Shown here one piece after another: positions 9,019 through 18,196 of a stretch of DNA of 53,840 nucleotides. The notes under the pieces were generated by a model. The model was not told the origin of the DNA. It ran no database searches and saw nothing but the letters and a program-made list of their open reading frames with translations. The DNA is from a virus. Taxonomy: Duplodnaviria > Caudoviricetes. The translations under genes were made by a program, and so were the position numbers. The stretch spans positions 1 to 53,840 of IMG/VR virus record IMGVR_UViG_3300032295_000430; one strand, given 5' to 3'. Position 1 is the stretch's first letter. Every line of letters starts with the position of its first letter.

Positions 9019-9502
9019 CCCTTATGTGATTATCGGTGCGCTTGTTTTTGCTATCTGCTCGTACTTCTATGGGCATCATACGGGTGTGCAGGTAACCAAG
9101 GCGGAGTGGGAGGCAGAGAAAGCGGTAGCCGCCGCAGAAGCTGCAAAGATATTGAAAGCGGAGCAGGACAAAGTACGTGAGTTCGAACATCTTCTGGCGA
9201 ACACACAAAACAAAGTGGAGAAGGTATATGTTGACAAGATTAGGACTGTGGAAGTGGAGCGCAAGCAGCTTGTTGATGTTGCTCGTACTGACGGGTTGTT
9301 CATCGACGCCGCGTGTCCAGACAGTAGTAACGCCGTGCCCAGTGCTGCCCCCAGTACCAGCAGCGATAATGGAGGAAAGAAAGCCCGACTTTCAGGAGAG
9401 GCTGCGGAAGCTCTTATCACCATTGCAGCCGACGCCGACGAAATCGTCCACCAACTAAAAGCTTGTCAGGAGATACTGAGGTTGGAACGGGAGCTTAAAT
9501 GA
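9011..9502 (+). CDS. Rz: Rz-like inner-membrane spanin
   Basis: N-terminal TM followed by coiled coil; LSGEAAEALITIAADAD…LKACQ C-terminus; ATG 9011. Confidence 0.8.
   Translation: MPNPYVIIGALVFAICSYFYGHHTGVQVTKAEWEAEKAVAAAEAAKILKAEQDKVREFEHLLANTQNKVEKVYVDKIRTVEVERKQLVDVARTDGLFIDAACPDSSNAVPSAAPSTSSDNGGKKARLSGEAAEALITIAADADEIVHQLKACQEILRLERELK
9228..9458 (+). CDS. Rz1: Rz1-like outer-membrane lipoprotein spanin embedded in Rz (+1 frame)
   Basis: GGAGAAGG RBS; lipobox LVLTG-C; Pro-rich mature part; fully inside Rz. Confidence 0.8.
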   Translation: MLTRLGLWKWSASSLLMLLVLTGCSSTPRVQTVVTPCPVLPPVPAAIMEERKPDFQERLRKLLSPLQPTPTKSSTN

Positions 9503-9930
9503 CCTGCGCAGTAGAAAGCTGCCAAGCAAAGGCTTTGGCAAAAGGTATGTGCAACGCGCACTACATTCGTGCTCGTCGCGGGAAAGACTTAGCCCCTCCC
9601 GTACAGTATTTTAACGCCACCAAAACTTGCATAGAATGCGGGGAGCCTACCAAGGGCAAAGGCGGACATGGGCGCTGTGCAGCGCACTACAAACTACATA
9701 AGCGCCTGACGTTTAAACAAAAGTTAATTGATATGCTGGGCGGAAAGTGTCAGATGTGCCAAGGTCAGTTCCACCATGCGGCGTTTGATTTTCACCATAG
9801 AGAAGCCAAAGTTGAGAACATAAGCAGTATGTTTGACTCGAAGTCAGAAGCTGAAGTTTTGGAAGAAGTTAAAAAATGCACATTGTTGTGCGCCAACTGT
9901 CATAGGATTCATCATGCGCGAAAACTTTGA
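9499..9930 (+). CDS. HNH homing endonuclease with N-terminal Zn fingers
   Basis: CQMC…FDFHH…LLCANCHRIHH. Confidence 0.85.
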   Translation: MTCAVESCQAKALAKGMCNAHYIRARRGKDLAPPVQYFNATKTCIECGEPTKGKGGHGRCAAHYKLHKRLTFKQKLIDMLGGKCQMCQGQFHHAAFDFHHREAKVENISSMFDSKSEAEVLEEVKKCTLLCANCHRIHHARKL

Positions 9931-10426
9931 AGAAGCACTTAAAGCAATACTTAAACATGAAGGTGGTTTTGTAAACCACAAACTTGACCCCGGCGGCATG
10001 ACCAACCTTGGAGTGACTAAGAAGGTTTGGGAGGAGTGGGTAGGCAAGGCCGTTGGTGAGAAGGAAATGCGTGCGTTGACCCCTGAGACAGTCGCCCCGA
10101 TGTACCGCAAGAAGTATTGGGACGCCGTGAAGGCTGATGATCTGCCTGACGGTCTGGACTACCTGATGTTTGACTTTGCCATCAACGCTGGCCCCGGTCG
10201 TGCAATCAAAACCATGCAGAAGGCTATTGGTGCCACTCCTGACGGCGCTATCGGCCCTAAGACCATGCAGGCATTAAAAGATGCCAATCAAGGTGAATTA
10301 GTGGCAAAATTCAGTGCAGAAAAGGAAGCGTTTTACCGCAGTCTGCCTACGTTTGCGACTTTTGGTAAAGGCTGGCTGCGCCGAGTAGCAGAAGCCAAGA
10401 CTCACGCAGAGACTATGCTGGCTTAA
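9914..10426 (+). CDS. endolysin, glycoside hydrolase family 108 with peptidoglycan-binding C-terminus
   Basis: HEGGFVNHKLDPGGMTNLGVT; DGAIGPKT; FGKGWLRRV; ATG 9914. Confidence 0.9.
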   Translation: MRENFEEALKAILKHEGGFVNHKLDPGGMTNLGVTKKVWEEWVGKAVGEKEMRALTPETVAPMYRKKYWDAVKADDLPDGLDYLMFDFAINAGPGRAIKTMQKAIGATPDGAIGPKTMQALKDANQGELVAKFSAEKEAFYRSLPTFATFGKGWLRRVAEAKTHAETMLA

Positions 10427-10438
10427 TAAGGAAAAGCA

Positions 10439-11068
10439 ATGGCCGTCTCGATGACCTACACCTCGCTGTTTAACGACATCTCCAGCTATCTGGAGCGTAC
10501 AGACACCGCCACCCTAGACAAGATCCCGACATTCATTATGTTGGCTGAGCAGACCATTGCCAGCGAGATCAAGTTCCTTGGCAACCTGACCGTCAATGAA
10601 TCAAACATGGTGTCTGGAAATCCTGTGATCACCAAGCCTGCCCGCTGGCGCAAGACGGTGTCCATGAATGTGACGGTAGACGGCGTAAGACAGCCTGTTT
10701 TCCTGCGTACCTATGAGTTTATGCGCCAATATTGGCCTCATGAGGCTGAGGAAGGCGCACCCAAATACTATGGCGACTACGACTATACGCACTGGCTGGT
10801 GGTGCCTACCCCGGCTGAAGCCTATGATTTTGAGGTGATGTACTACGAAGAGGTTCAGCCTCTGGACGCTACCAACCAGACCAATTGGTTCACCCAGTAC
10901 GCCCCACAGGCCATGCTGTATGGCTCCCTGCTGCAGGCCATGCCGTTTTTAAAGAACGATGAGCGCATGCCTATGTGGAGAGCGGAATACGACAAGATCG
11001 TTGCCCAACTGAAAACAGAGAACATTCAGCGTTTGGGTGACCGTCAGGCGATTGCTCAGGATAGCTAA
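10439..11068 (+). CDS. tail adaptor / tail tubular protein A-like
   Basis: IPTFIMLAE…PKYY…VVPTP…LYGSLLQAMPFLKNDER pattern; position. Confidence 0.65.
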   Translation: MAVSMTYTSLFNDISSYLERTDTATLDKIPTFIMLAEQTIASEIKFLGNLTVNESNMVSGNPVITKPARWRKTVSMNVTVDGVRQPVFLRTYEFMRQYWPHEAEEGAPKYYGDYDYTHWLVVPTPAEAYDFEVMYYEEVQPLDATNQTNWFTQYAPQAMLYGSLLQAMPFLKNDERMPMWRAEYDKIVAQLKTENIQRLGDRQAIAQDS

Positions 11069-11070
11069 CT

Positions 11071-12309
11071 ATGACCTTTACTAGCCCGTTCACCGGGGAT
11101 GTTATTGTCCCAACGGATGTCAGCTATCAAGAGATAGCCCTGACAACGAATAAAACGCTCGTATGGCCGACTTTTGCCACAGGCAATGATCTCTATGCCT
11201 CCCGCATCATTGACGCCACAGCGAACGCTTCAGGCCGTACATTGAAGATGCCTGCAGCGGATCAGGTATCCGTTGGTACAGACTGCCTGCTCAATAACTA
11301 TGGCGGCTTTGACTTCAATGTTTTGGATAACGATGGCGGTGTAATTTGTACCGTGGCGTCAGGGAAGGCTCAGTACATTTACATTACTGACAACACCTCT
11401 GCCGCTGGCTCGTGGGGCATTATTGCCTTTGGTTCGACCACCACGACCTCTAATGCGAGTGTCTTGGCTGGCCTTGGATTGACGGCGATCTCTACTACGC
11501 TTAACCAGAGTCACCCAGCCTCGTCCTTTGTGAACGGCTACACGTTTGTGGCGAACGACCGAGCTCAGACCAAGGTTTGGGCTTCTGGATCTGGTTCTGT
11601 CACTTTGCCCGACGCCAGCACAATTGGCAATAATTGGTTTTTCCTGTTAAAGAACAATGGCACAGGTACATTGACCGTTGCTTGCACTGGCGCAAACATG
11701 ATTGATGGTAACTCCACCAAGAACTTTGCCCCAGATGAGTCTGCCTTCATTATCAGTACGGGCGCAGAATTCGTCACTGTAGGCTACGGCCAAAGCGCTA
11801 ACTTTATTTTTACTGCGCTGGTTAAGCCGGTTACAACCGGCACTTACCTCATTACGCCTAGCGAAGCCTCCAATACGATTCAGGAGTACGTCGGCAGTCT
11901 TACAGGAAACGTAATTGCTCAATATCCTCCTGCGGTCAATTTGTACGTTATTTCCAATCAGGTAGTCGATAACGGATACTCTTTGACAATTACTACTGGC
12001 GTTGTTGGGGGTGCGAATGCAATTGTTCCTCCCGGCCAGCAGGTCACATTAATTTGTGACGGCACCAATTTCTTGAACGCTAATACTATTCAGGCTGGCG
12101 CTACCTCAATTAGCTTGATTAATGGAACTGTGGGTACGCCTGCGCTTAATTTTGCTGCTGAAACAGGCACAGGTCTTTACCGTCCGGGCGTTGGGCAGAT
12201 GAACATTTCTATTTTGGGCACAAATCGGGTTGCGTTTAGCGCGACCGGGGTCAATGTGACGGGCTCTGGGAACTTTACGACGGGTATTGCCGGAGGTGTA
12301 TTCACATGA
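11071..12309 (+). CDS. tail structural protein
   Basis: 412 aa, beta-rich, within the tail cluster. Confidence 0.6.
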   Translation: MTFTSPFTGDVIVPTDVSYQEIALTTNKTLVWPTFATGNDLYASRIIDATANASGRTLKMPAADQVSVGTDCLLNNYGGFDFNVLDNDGGVICTVASGKAQYIYITDNTSAAGSWGIIAFGSTTTTSNASVLAGLGLTAISTTLNQSHPASSFVNGYTFVANDRAQTKVWASGSGSVTLPDASTIGNNWFFLLKNNGTGTLTVACTGANMIDGNSTKNFAPDESAFIISTGAEFVTVGYGQSANFIFTALVKPVTTGTYLITPSEASNTIQEYVGSLTGNVIAQYPPAVNLYVISNQVVDNGYSLTITTGVVGGANAIVPPGQQVTLICDGTNFLNANTIQAGATSISLINGTVGTPALNFAAETGTGLYRPGVGQMNISILGTNRVAFSATGVNVTGSGNFTTGIAGGVFT

Positions 12310-14111
12310 CCAAGAAGGTATTTAGCCCGGATACAAAGCCCGGAGTTCAGCGGGACGGCACGGTTCTTGACAAGCTGTTCTACAACGATGGCCGCTGGGT
12401 TCGCTTTCAGCGTGGCCGTCCAAGAAAGATGCTCGGCTACCGCCAAATTGTTGGGGATATGGCTGGCCCGTCTCGGGGCATTTACATCAACGTCCAAGAC
12501 AATTTCAACTTTATTTTTAATGGGTATTCCGATGGCTTGCAGGTCATCCCCATTGACAACAACGGCGTTGGATCTGGGGTAAGTAACTTCACCCTAACTG
12601 ATTTCACCCCAGATGTTGATAACCTTTGGCAGTTTGATACGCTTTATGACACTACTGGTGGCGGTCAGGAGTCATTGGTTGCCCATCCGGGACAAAACCT
12701 TAGTGACATTTCAAACACCGTCAATACGCCAGTATTGATTGGCGACATTGCTGGCACAACCATGACGGCTGTAGAGGATTCTGGCACTCCAATTGAAGTC
12801 AGTGGTGGATGCGTGGTCTTGCACCCGTACCTTTTTGTCTATGGCAATAATGGCCTGATTAAGAACTGTGCCGCCGGAGATCCTACGGATTGGACTGGCG
12901 CTGACGCCAACGAGACTAACGTGGCGGGTACAAAGATCGTTCAGGGCTTGCCAGTACGAGGTGGTTCTAACTCGCCTTCTGGCCTCTTCTGGTCTTTGGA
13001 CTCCCTGATCCGGGTTTCCTATAACCCGACAACCATTTCTAACGGCGTCACAACTACGACGTTGTTTTGGCGGTATGACATTATTTCCAGCCAGTCATCA
13101 ATCTTGTCTGCGCAGTCAGTTATTGAGTACGACGGCGTCTACTACTGGTGTGGCGTTGACCGCTTCCTGATGTACAACGGTGTTGTCAAAGAGATTCCGA
13201 ACAACATGAACCAGAACTGGTTCTTCGACAACCTGAACTATGCACAGCGCCAGAAGGTTTACGTGTCCAAGGTTCCTCGTTATGGCGAGATCTGGTGGTT
13301 CTACCCTCGTGGCGACTCTGTTGAGTGCAATGACGCGATTGTTTACAACATTCGTGAGCAGACTTGGTATGACGCTGGTCAGGCACTTGGTGCCCGCCGG
13401 TCGGCTGGGTTCTTCTCTCAGGTTTTCCCATTCCCTGTAAACGCCGGGACGGCCATCAATGCCAGCGGTGGTGCAAACCTATTCACGCTGACGGCTGGCT
13501 CTGGCTATACGAACGGCACCTATACCAACGTCGCCCTAACTGGCGGCACTGGAACTGGTGCTCAGGCCACGATTACAGTGGCTGGCGGCATAGTAACGAG
13601 CGTCGTTATTACCGCCAATGGAACCAACTATGCGGTTGGCAACGAACTGACGTATGCCTTGCCGGGTGGCGGATCCAACTTTAAGATCACGCTTACGTAT
13701 GTCATGAGCTTTGTTTCTTTGTGGCAGCATGAGTTTGGTACTGATGAGATTAAAGGTATCCAAGTCAACGCTATTGAAAGCTACTTTGAGACCTCAGACC
13801 TTGGTTGGGTTGGCGGCGGGCCTTCACAGCCGTCACTCACTGGGGATAACTTCTGGCTGCATCTGGAGCGCGTGGAGCCCGACTTTATACAATCTGGAAA
13901 CATGGAGCTCTACGTCACTGGCCGACCTTATGCACAGGAGGAGGATCAAACCTCTGCGGCTTATGTCTTTTCTCCAACAACAGGAAAAATTGACATGCGT
14001 GAACAGCGCCGTGAATGTAGACTGAAGTTTGTGTCAAATACCGTTAATGGTAATTACCAGCTTGGACGGTTATTGCTGTCAGCCAATATTGGCGACGTAA
14101 GGGGTTATTGA
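12306..14111 (+). CDS. tail nozzle / tubular protein B-like (beta-propeller, P22 gp10 / T7 gp12 position)
   Basis: 601 aa; WVRFQRGRPRK; EIWWFYP…YNIREQTWY; precedes the ejection genes. Confidence 0.65.
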   Translation: MTKKVFSPDTKPGVQRDGTVLDKLFYNDGRWVRFQRGRPRKMLGYRQIVGDMAGPSRGIYINVQDNFNFIFNGYSDGLQVIPIDNNGVGSGVSNFTLTDFTPDVDNLWQFDTLYDTTGGGQESLVAHPGQNLSDISNTVNTPVLIGDIAGTTMTAVEDSGTPIEVSGGCVVLHPYLFVYGNNGLIKNCAAGDPTDWTGADANETNVAGTKIVQGLPVRGGSNSPSGLFWSLDSLIRVSYNPTTISNGVTTTTLFWRYDIISSQSSILSAQSVIEYDGVYYWCGVDRFLMYNGVVKEIPNNMNQNWFFDNLNYAQRQKVYVSKVPRYGEIWWFYPRGDSVECNDAIVYNIREQTWYDAGQALGARRSAGFFSQVFPFPVNAGTAINASGGANLFTLTAGSGYTNGTYTNVALTGGTGTGAQATITVAGGIVTSVVITANGTNYAVGNELTYALPGGGSNFKITLTYVMSFVSLWQHEFGTDEIKGIQVNAIESYFETSDLGWVGGGPSQPSLTGDNFWLHLERVEPDFIQSGNMELYVTGRPYAQEEDQTSAAYVFSPTTGKIDMREQRRECRLKFVSNTVNGNYQLGRLLLSANIGDVRGY

Positions 14112-14356
14112 TGTCTGACGTATCGCTTATTTATGATCCGAGGGGGCATACATTTGAGTCGTGGGCATCTTTAATGTGTGAGCTGTATGCAACACAGCAG
14201 TTGGCAATACCTATGCAGGGCACAGATTGGCGTCAGTGGGGCGAGGGCTTGAAGGCCATTGACGTTTTCACCAATGAAGGTATACCGGGGCCGGCGGTCT
14301 TTAATGACTGGCAGGATTGGGCACAGGCTGTTGTAGGAGCCGTTCAACCAAGATAA
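14111..14356 (+). CDS. hypothetical Trp-rich protein of the tail cluster
   Basis: Translationally coupled (TGATG); 81 aa. Confidence 0.7.
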   Translation: MSDVSLIYDPRGHTFESWASLMCELYATQQLAIPMQGTDWRQWGEGLKAIDVFTNEGIPGPAVFNDWQDWAQAVVGAVQPR

Positions 14357-14358
14357 CA

Positions 14359-14643
14359 ATGATCGACTTTATAAAACTATTTAACGCTACAGCAAAAGTC
14401 GCAAAACCGATGTCCCCAGACTTTGATAATGCAAAAAGTCTGGATGATCAACTTCAAGACATAGACGTAGACAGTCTTGATAGTTTGCTCATTGGTTTGT
14501 ATATGTGTGAACTCTACGGGATTCCTGAAGACAAGGGGAAAGAGCTTGTCCCTGTGACAGTCCGCGAGATCCACGACTTTTTGATGCAACACAAGACGAA
14601 AGAGCCGGAGTCCATTGAGGCGGCGATAGAGGCCATCAAATGA
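14359..14643 (+). CDS. acyl carrier protein (ACP)
   Basis: 94 aa, acidic; LQDIDVDSLDSLLIGLYMCELYGIP contains the DSL phosphopantetheinylation Ser (S39) and helix II; TVREIHDFL helix. Confidence 0.85.
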   Translation: MIDFIKLFNATAKVAKPMSPDFDNAKSLDDQLQDIDVDSLDSLLIGLYMCELYGIPEDKGKELVPVTVREIHDFLMQHKTKEPESIEAAIEAIK

Positions 14644-15749
14644 TCTATCTCACTCACTATAGGACGGCGGCTACCAGTAACGTGGAGTTGATGGAGGACG
14701 CAGTCTATCCGCAGCGGGTGCACTGGTTCCCAGAGACTTACGCCAAGGTGAAGATGGGGCTGACGTACCCGCCTCATAAGCTGGCTGAGAAGGTGCTGGA
14801 TCCTGCCCTGCTGAAGATGCTGAGGGAGCAGGAGGTAGGCAAGACGGCCTTTATTCTGGCAAGCGGTAACTCTCACTTTGCCGGGATTAACCAGCGCAAG
14901 TACGACAGCAAGCTGAGCTATGACTACAAGTTTTTGCCACTTACTCTGACTCAGGTGTATGCCGGCAGGGTAGCTCAGCAGTGTGGGGCTCAGGATCATG
15001 TTGTGACGGACGCCAGCGCCTGCGCATCTAGCCTGAAGGCTTTGATGGATGTGAATACGCTGATGAGTCACTACGGGTTTGCACGGGTCATTGTGTTGAC
15101 GGTAGAGGATGGGGTATCGAATGCTGTCCTGCAGTTCTTTGGTGAATCCAAGGCCGTCTTGACGGATGAGGAAGAGAAGACGGGGATCAAGCCGAGTGCC
15201 TTTGACAAGCAAAACCGGGGCTTTTATGTTGGACAGGGAGCCGCTCTTGCCGTCTTTGACAACTGGCTTACCCTTGATAAGACGGGGGATACGCCACTTG
15301 CTCAACTCTGCGGGGCTTATACCGCCTCAGAGGCCAGCACTAATGCAATTGGGCAACTAGAGAACGGTAGTGGCTTCATTAAGGCTATGGAAGGCGTCTT
15401 TGAGTTTTCTACGGTCAAGCCTCAGGATGTCAGAATTGTAAAAACCCATGGTACGGGGACAATTTCTAATAACATTTCGGAGTTAACTGCTTTACAATCT
15501 ACACTTAAAAGTTTCGTTGCCACCTCATACAAGCAGAGAATCGGTCATACGATGGGTGCGAGTGGGCTGCTGGAGACTTTGATGCTCTTGGAGGACATGC
15601 GTTCAGGCGTGATTCCAGAGATTCCGAACCGGACGGAAAGTGATGAAGTATTTTTATCTGAGCCTATCAGCCCGCCACCCGGCGCGGTGCTGAGCCTTGC
15701 AGCGGGGATGGGAAACGTCTACAGCGCAGCAATCTTTAAACCTATGTAG
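14640..15749 (+). CDS. beta-ketoacyl-ACP synthase (FabB/FabF-type condensing enzyme)
   Basis: SACASS (C128), KTHGTGT (H270), SYKQRIGHTMGASG (H303), GFYVGQGAA, SLAAGMG. Confidence 0.92.
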   Translation: MIYLTHYRTAATSNVELMEDAVYPQRVHWFPETYAKVKMGLTYPPHKLAEKVLDPALLKMLREQEVGKTAFILASGNSHFAGINQRKYDSKLSYDYKFLPLTLTQVYAGRVAQQCGAQDHVVTDASACASSLKALMDVNTLMSHYGFARVIVLTVEDGVSNAVLQFFGESKAVLTDEEEKTGIKPSAFDKQNRGFYVGQGAALAVFDNWLTLDKTGDTPLAQLCGAYTASEASTNAIGQLENGSGFIKAMEGVFEFSTVKPQDVRIVKTHGTGTISNNISELTALQSTLKSFVATSYKQRIGHTMGASGLLETLMLLEDMRSGVIPEIPNRTESDEVFLSEPISPPPGAVLSLAAGMGNVYSAAIFKPM

Positions 15750-15757
15750 GTATTAAG

Positions 15758-16195
15758 ATGCTTGTTGATAGCAAAAAGAACTTGCTGGAAGTCGAGCCAA
15801 TCATCATTTTAGGTGCCGATGAGACTGGCTCAAATCTGCCGCCGGCAACTATTTATGCTGCCGTTGTCACCGAGCTCAATCAGAAGAATGTGACCCTGTT
15901 TAAAGAGGGCAATACGCTATTCATTATTCACCATAAAGGCCCACGCGAGGGCTTTTTCCGTGCCATCAACGCCGATACCGCAAGAAACTATCTTGAGAAC
16001 TCTTACACGTTTATTCAAGCTGCGCGTAAGTATGGGTATGATGTCCTGCATTCTCATTTTGAGAACCCCACAGTATTAAATATCTTTAAGGCAATCTCTC
16101 GTAACCCACCCTTTCCGGGCATGGGATACACAGCAAAGGAAGAAAAGGGCGGCATTTCTGTCACGTTGAAGCTTGGTGAGCCAAGGGAGATATGA
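15758..16195 (+). CDS. hypothetical protein, possible GNAT-fold acyltransferase
   Basis: Strand-strand-helix-strand-N-helix pattern (NTLFIIHH/EGFFRAINAD/TARNYLENSYTFIQAARKYG/YDVLHSHFEN/PTVLNIFKAI); T7 gp13-equivalent position; function inferred. Confidence 0.45.
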   Translation: MLVDSKKNLLEVEPIIILGADETGSNLPPATIYAAVVTELNQKNVTLFKEGNTLFIIHHKGPREGFFRAINADTARNYLENSYTFIQAARKYGYDVLHSHFENPTVLNIFKAISRNPPFPGMGYTAKEEKGGISVTLKLGEPREI

Positions 16196-16196
16196 C

Positions 16197-18194
16197 ATGA
16201 GTGCTGTTGTCAAAGCTGTTGAGAAAGTCGTAAGTACCGTTGTCGATGTGGTCGAGGCGGTCATTAATGATCCGTTGCCAACGCTTGCCACCATTGGTTT
16301 GTCCATGGTTGGCATCCCACCGTATGTTACGCAGGCTGCAATCACTGCCGCTAGGGGCGGAGACCTTGAGGATATTGCAAAGTCTGCCGCGATTGCTTAT
16401 GCCACGCCAGCAGTTGCCGCAAAGATTGCCCCCGCTGTAGGTTCCACAGTTAGCACTGTAGTTACAAATGAAGCTGCTGCAAAGGCGTTAACTGCTGCCA
16501 CAAGTCAAAGTCTGGTCGCCGGTAGCTTAACCGCTGCGACAGGTGGTGACTGGCAGCAAGCGGCTGCAGGTGCCTTTGCTGGATCTATGGCCGCTTCTGG
16601 CTACGATGAATATGTCGCCCCAAAGGTAATGGCGCAGGCTCAAAGTTTGGGTCTATCTGCAGAAAGCCACGCAAATATTCAGAACGCTTTGAAGTCGAGC
16701 GTTGCCTCTGGTACTGGGGCTGCTGCGGCTGGTGGTGACTTTGCTACCGGCTTTGCCAACGCTTTTGTTGAAAGTGGTTTTGAGACATTGTCCGCAAAGG
16801 CCGACCAAGGCTTGCAGGACATGAAAAAGTCCTTCTTGAAGGACAAAGGCATGCAGGACAATGAGCCGACCCGTGCTGGCATTCCAAGCGACATGGTGCC
16901 CGAGGTTCCTGAGTCTCCTGAAGGAAAGTACGCTCAAAAGAATTCTGTCTCAATTGAAGACCAGTTAGATCAAATAGCTGCGCAGCCAAAAAATCCTTAT
17001 TTGGGCAGGCAATTGGGTGATGCTTTTGCAACTACCGATGGAATATCTGGTTTGGATATTTCAGCGCCATCTAATATTTCGTCTTTAAAGCAATTTGAAG
17101 CCCTTGAGGGAGAAACAGGCACTCCTGTAGTTAAGGTAAAAGATAAAGAAGGGGTTGTTTCTTACCAGCGCGACATTAAAAAAACAGATGCCTCTGGAAA
17201 GGAAACTGGTTACACCATTGTTTATGACCCTGAGTTTAATCAATTTTATTATGAATATGGCAATGTCTCTCCAGAAGGGAAGGGCGCAGAAGTTTTTGCC
17301 AGCAAAACTCGACCCGGCACAACTTTAGATGATTTAAAAAGGGGCGCATTTTCTGGCAATACTTCTGATTTGTCCAAGCTGACTGAGTTTGGTCAGTTGC
17401 CATCAGGCGTTGATACAACCGGCATTCAGTCTGGGGCTTTGTCTTCAGGATCTTTGAGTAAGATTCTTTCACAGGCAAACAAATCATCTGATGCTGCTGT
17501 TGAGGCAAAGGCTCAGGCGGCTATTAATCCAACGCCAGAAAATATTGCTGCTGCTGAGCAAGCACAACTGACTGCTGAGTTGGATCAAAAGGTTCTTGCT
17601 GACGCCCAAAAACAAATTTCTGTTGAGGAAGTGCCTCCAACCGGTGAGGTGCCACCTCAGTCTGCAAATGCTCCTGTGGCGAGTAATGTGCCGGCTCAAC
17701 CTGCAGAAAGCGCCACGCCGACAATTAATCAAACTAACGAAAGAATTTTATATTCAATCTTGTCTGGTAACGCAACAACTGGCGCTCCAACGCCCGTTCA
17801 AGGGCAGACAGGCGCAGACGCTTCAGGATTGTCTCCTCTGCAGCAGGCTGGCATAGCGGACGTTGAAGGCGCTGGTGGAATTTCTGATCCTATTGGCGGC
17901 CAGATAGGGAAGATTGGTACATTGACTGGTGGTACCAGAATGCCCGGAACTGGTGGTTCTGGTTTGTCTTTGAATGCGCCTAGTGGTGGTTTGCAGTTCT
18001 CGTCTTTTGGAAGAACTGGATATGCTCCCCAACAAACTAATCTTGTTGGGTCGTTGATACCAAATTTATTGACTGAATTGAATAATCAATCATTAATGAT
18101 GATGTCCCCAGAGGAATATGCATTAAGAACGCAGGCGGGGAATATTTTTAGAGTTGCGCGTGGTGGATTGATCACGCTTAAAAAGCAGAGGTAA
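16197..18194 (+). CDS. putative internal virion / DNA ejection protein 1
   Basis: Amphipathic N-terminus plus G/A-rich hydrophobic helices; after the nozzle; ends in a VARGG tag; ATG 16197 with GGAG RBS. Confidence 0.6.
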   Translation: MSAVVKAVEKVVSTVVDVVEAVINDPLPTLATIGLSMVGIPPYVTQAAITAARGGDLEDIAKSAAIAYATPAVAAKIAPAVGSTVSTVVTNEAAAKALTAATSQSLVAGSLTAATGGDWQQAAAGAFAGSMAASGYDEYVAPKVMAQAQSLGLSAESHANIQNALKSSVASGTGAAAAGGDFATGFANAFVESGFETLSAKADQGLQDMKKSFLKDKGMQDNEPTRAGIPSDMVPEVPESPEGKYAQKNSVSIEDQLDQIAAQPKNPYLGRQLGDAFATTDGISGLDISAPSNISSLKQFEALEGETGTPVVKVKDKEGVVSYQRDIKKTDASGKETGYTIVYDPEFNQFYYEYGNVSPEGKGAEVFASKTRPGTTLDDLKRGAFSGNTSDLSKLTEFGQLPSGVDTTGIQSGALSSGSLSKILSQANKSSDAAVEAKAQAAINPTPENIAAAEQAQLTAELDQKVLADAQKQISVEEVPPTGEVPPQSANAPVASNVPAQPAESATPTINQTNERILYSILSGNATTGAPTPVQGQTGADASGLSPLQQAGIADVEGAGGISDPIGGQIGKIGTLTGGTRMPGTGGSGLSLNAPSGGLQFSSFGRTGYAPQQTNLVGSLIPNLLTELNNQSLMMMSPEEYALRTQAGNIFRVARGGLITLKKQR

Positions 18195-18196
18195 TT

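Noticed and set aside
14514-15305. 263-aa antisense ORF over the KS, and other long antisense ORFs (e.g. 30617-31237, 31242-31925, 42693-43277, 46301-46873, 52877-53476)
   Set aside because: Shadow frames of well-supported genes with no motifs or RBS
14359-15749. Host contamination or a chimeric fatty-acid operon
   Set aside because: The genes are tightly coupled to phage tail genes on both sides, no other fab genes are present, and the KS N-terminus is divergent from cellular FabB/F
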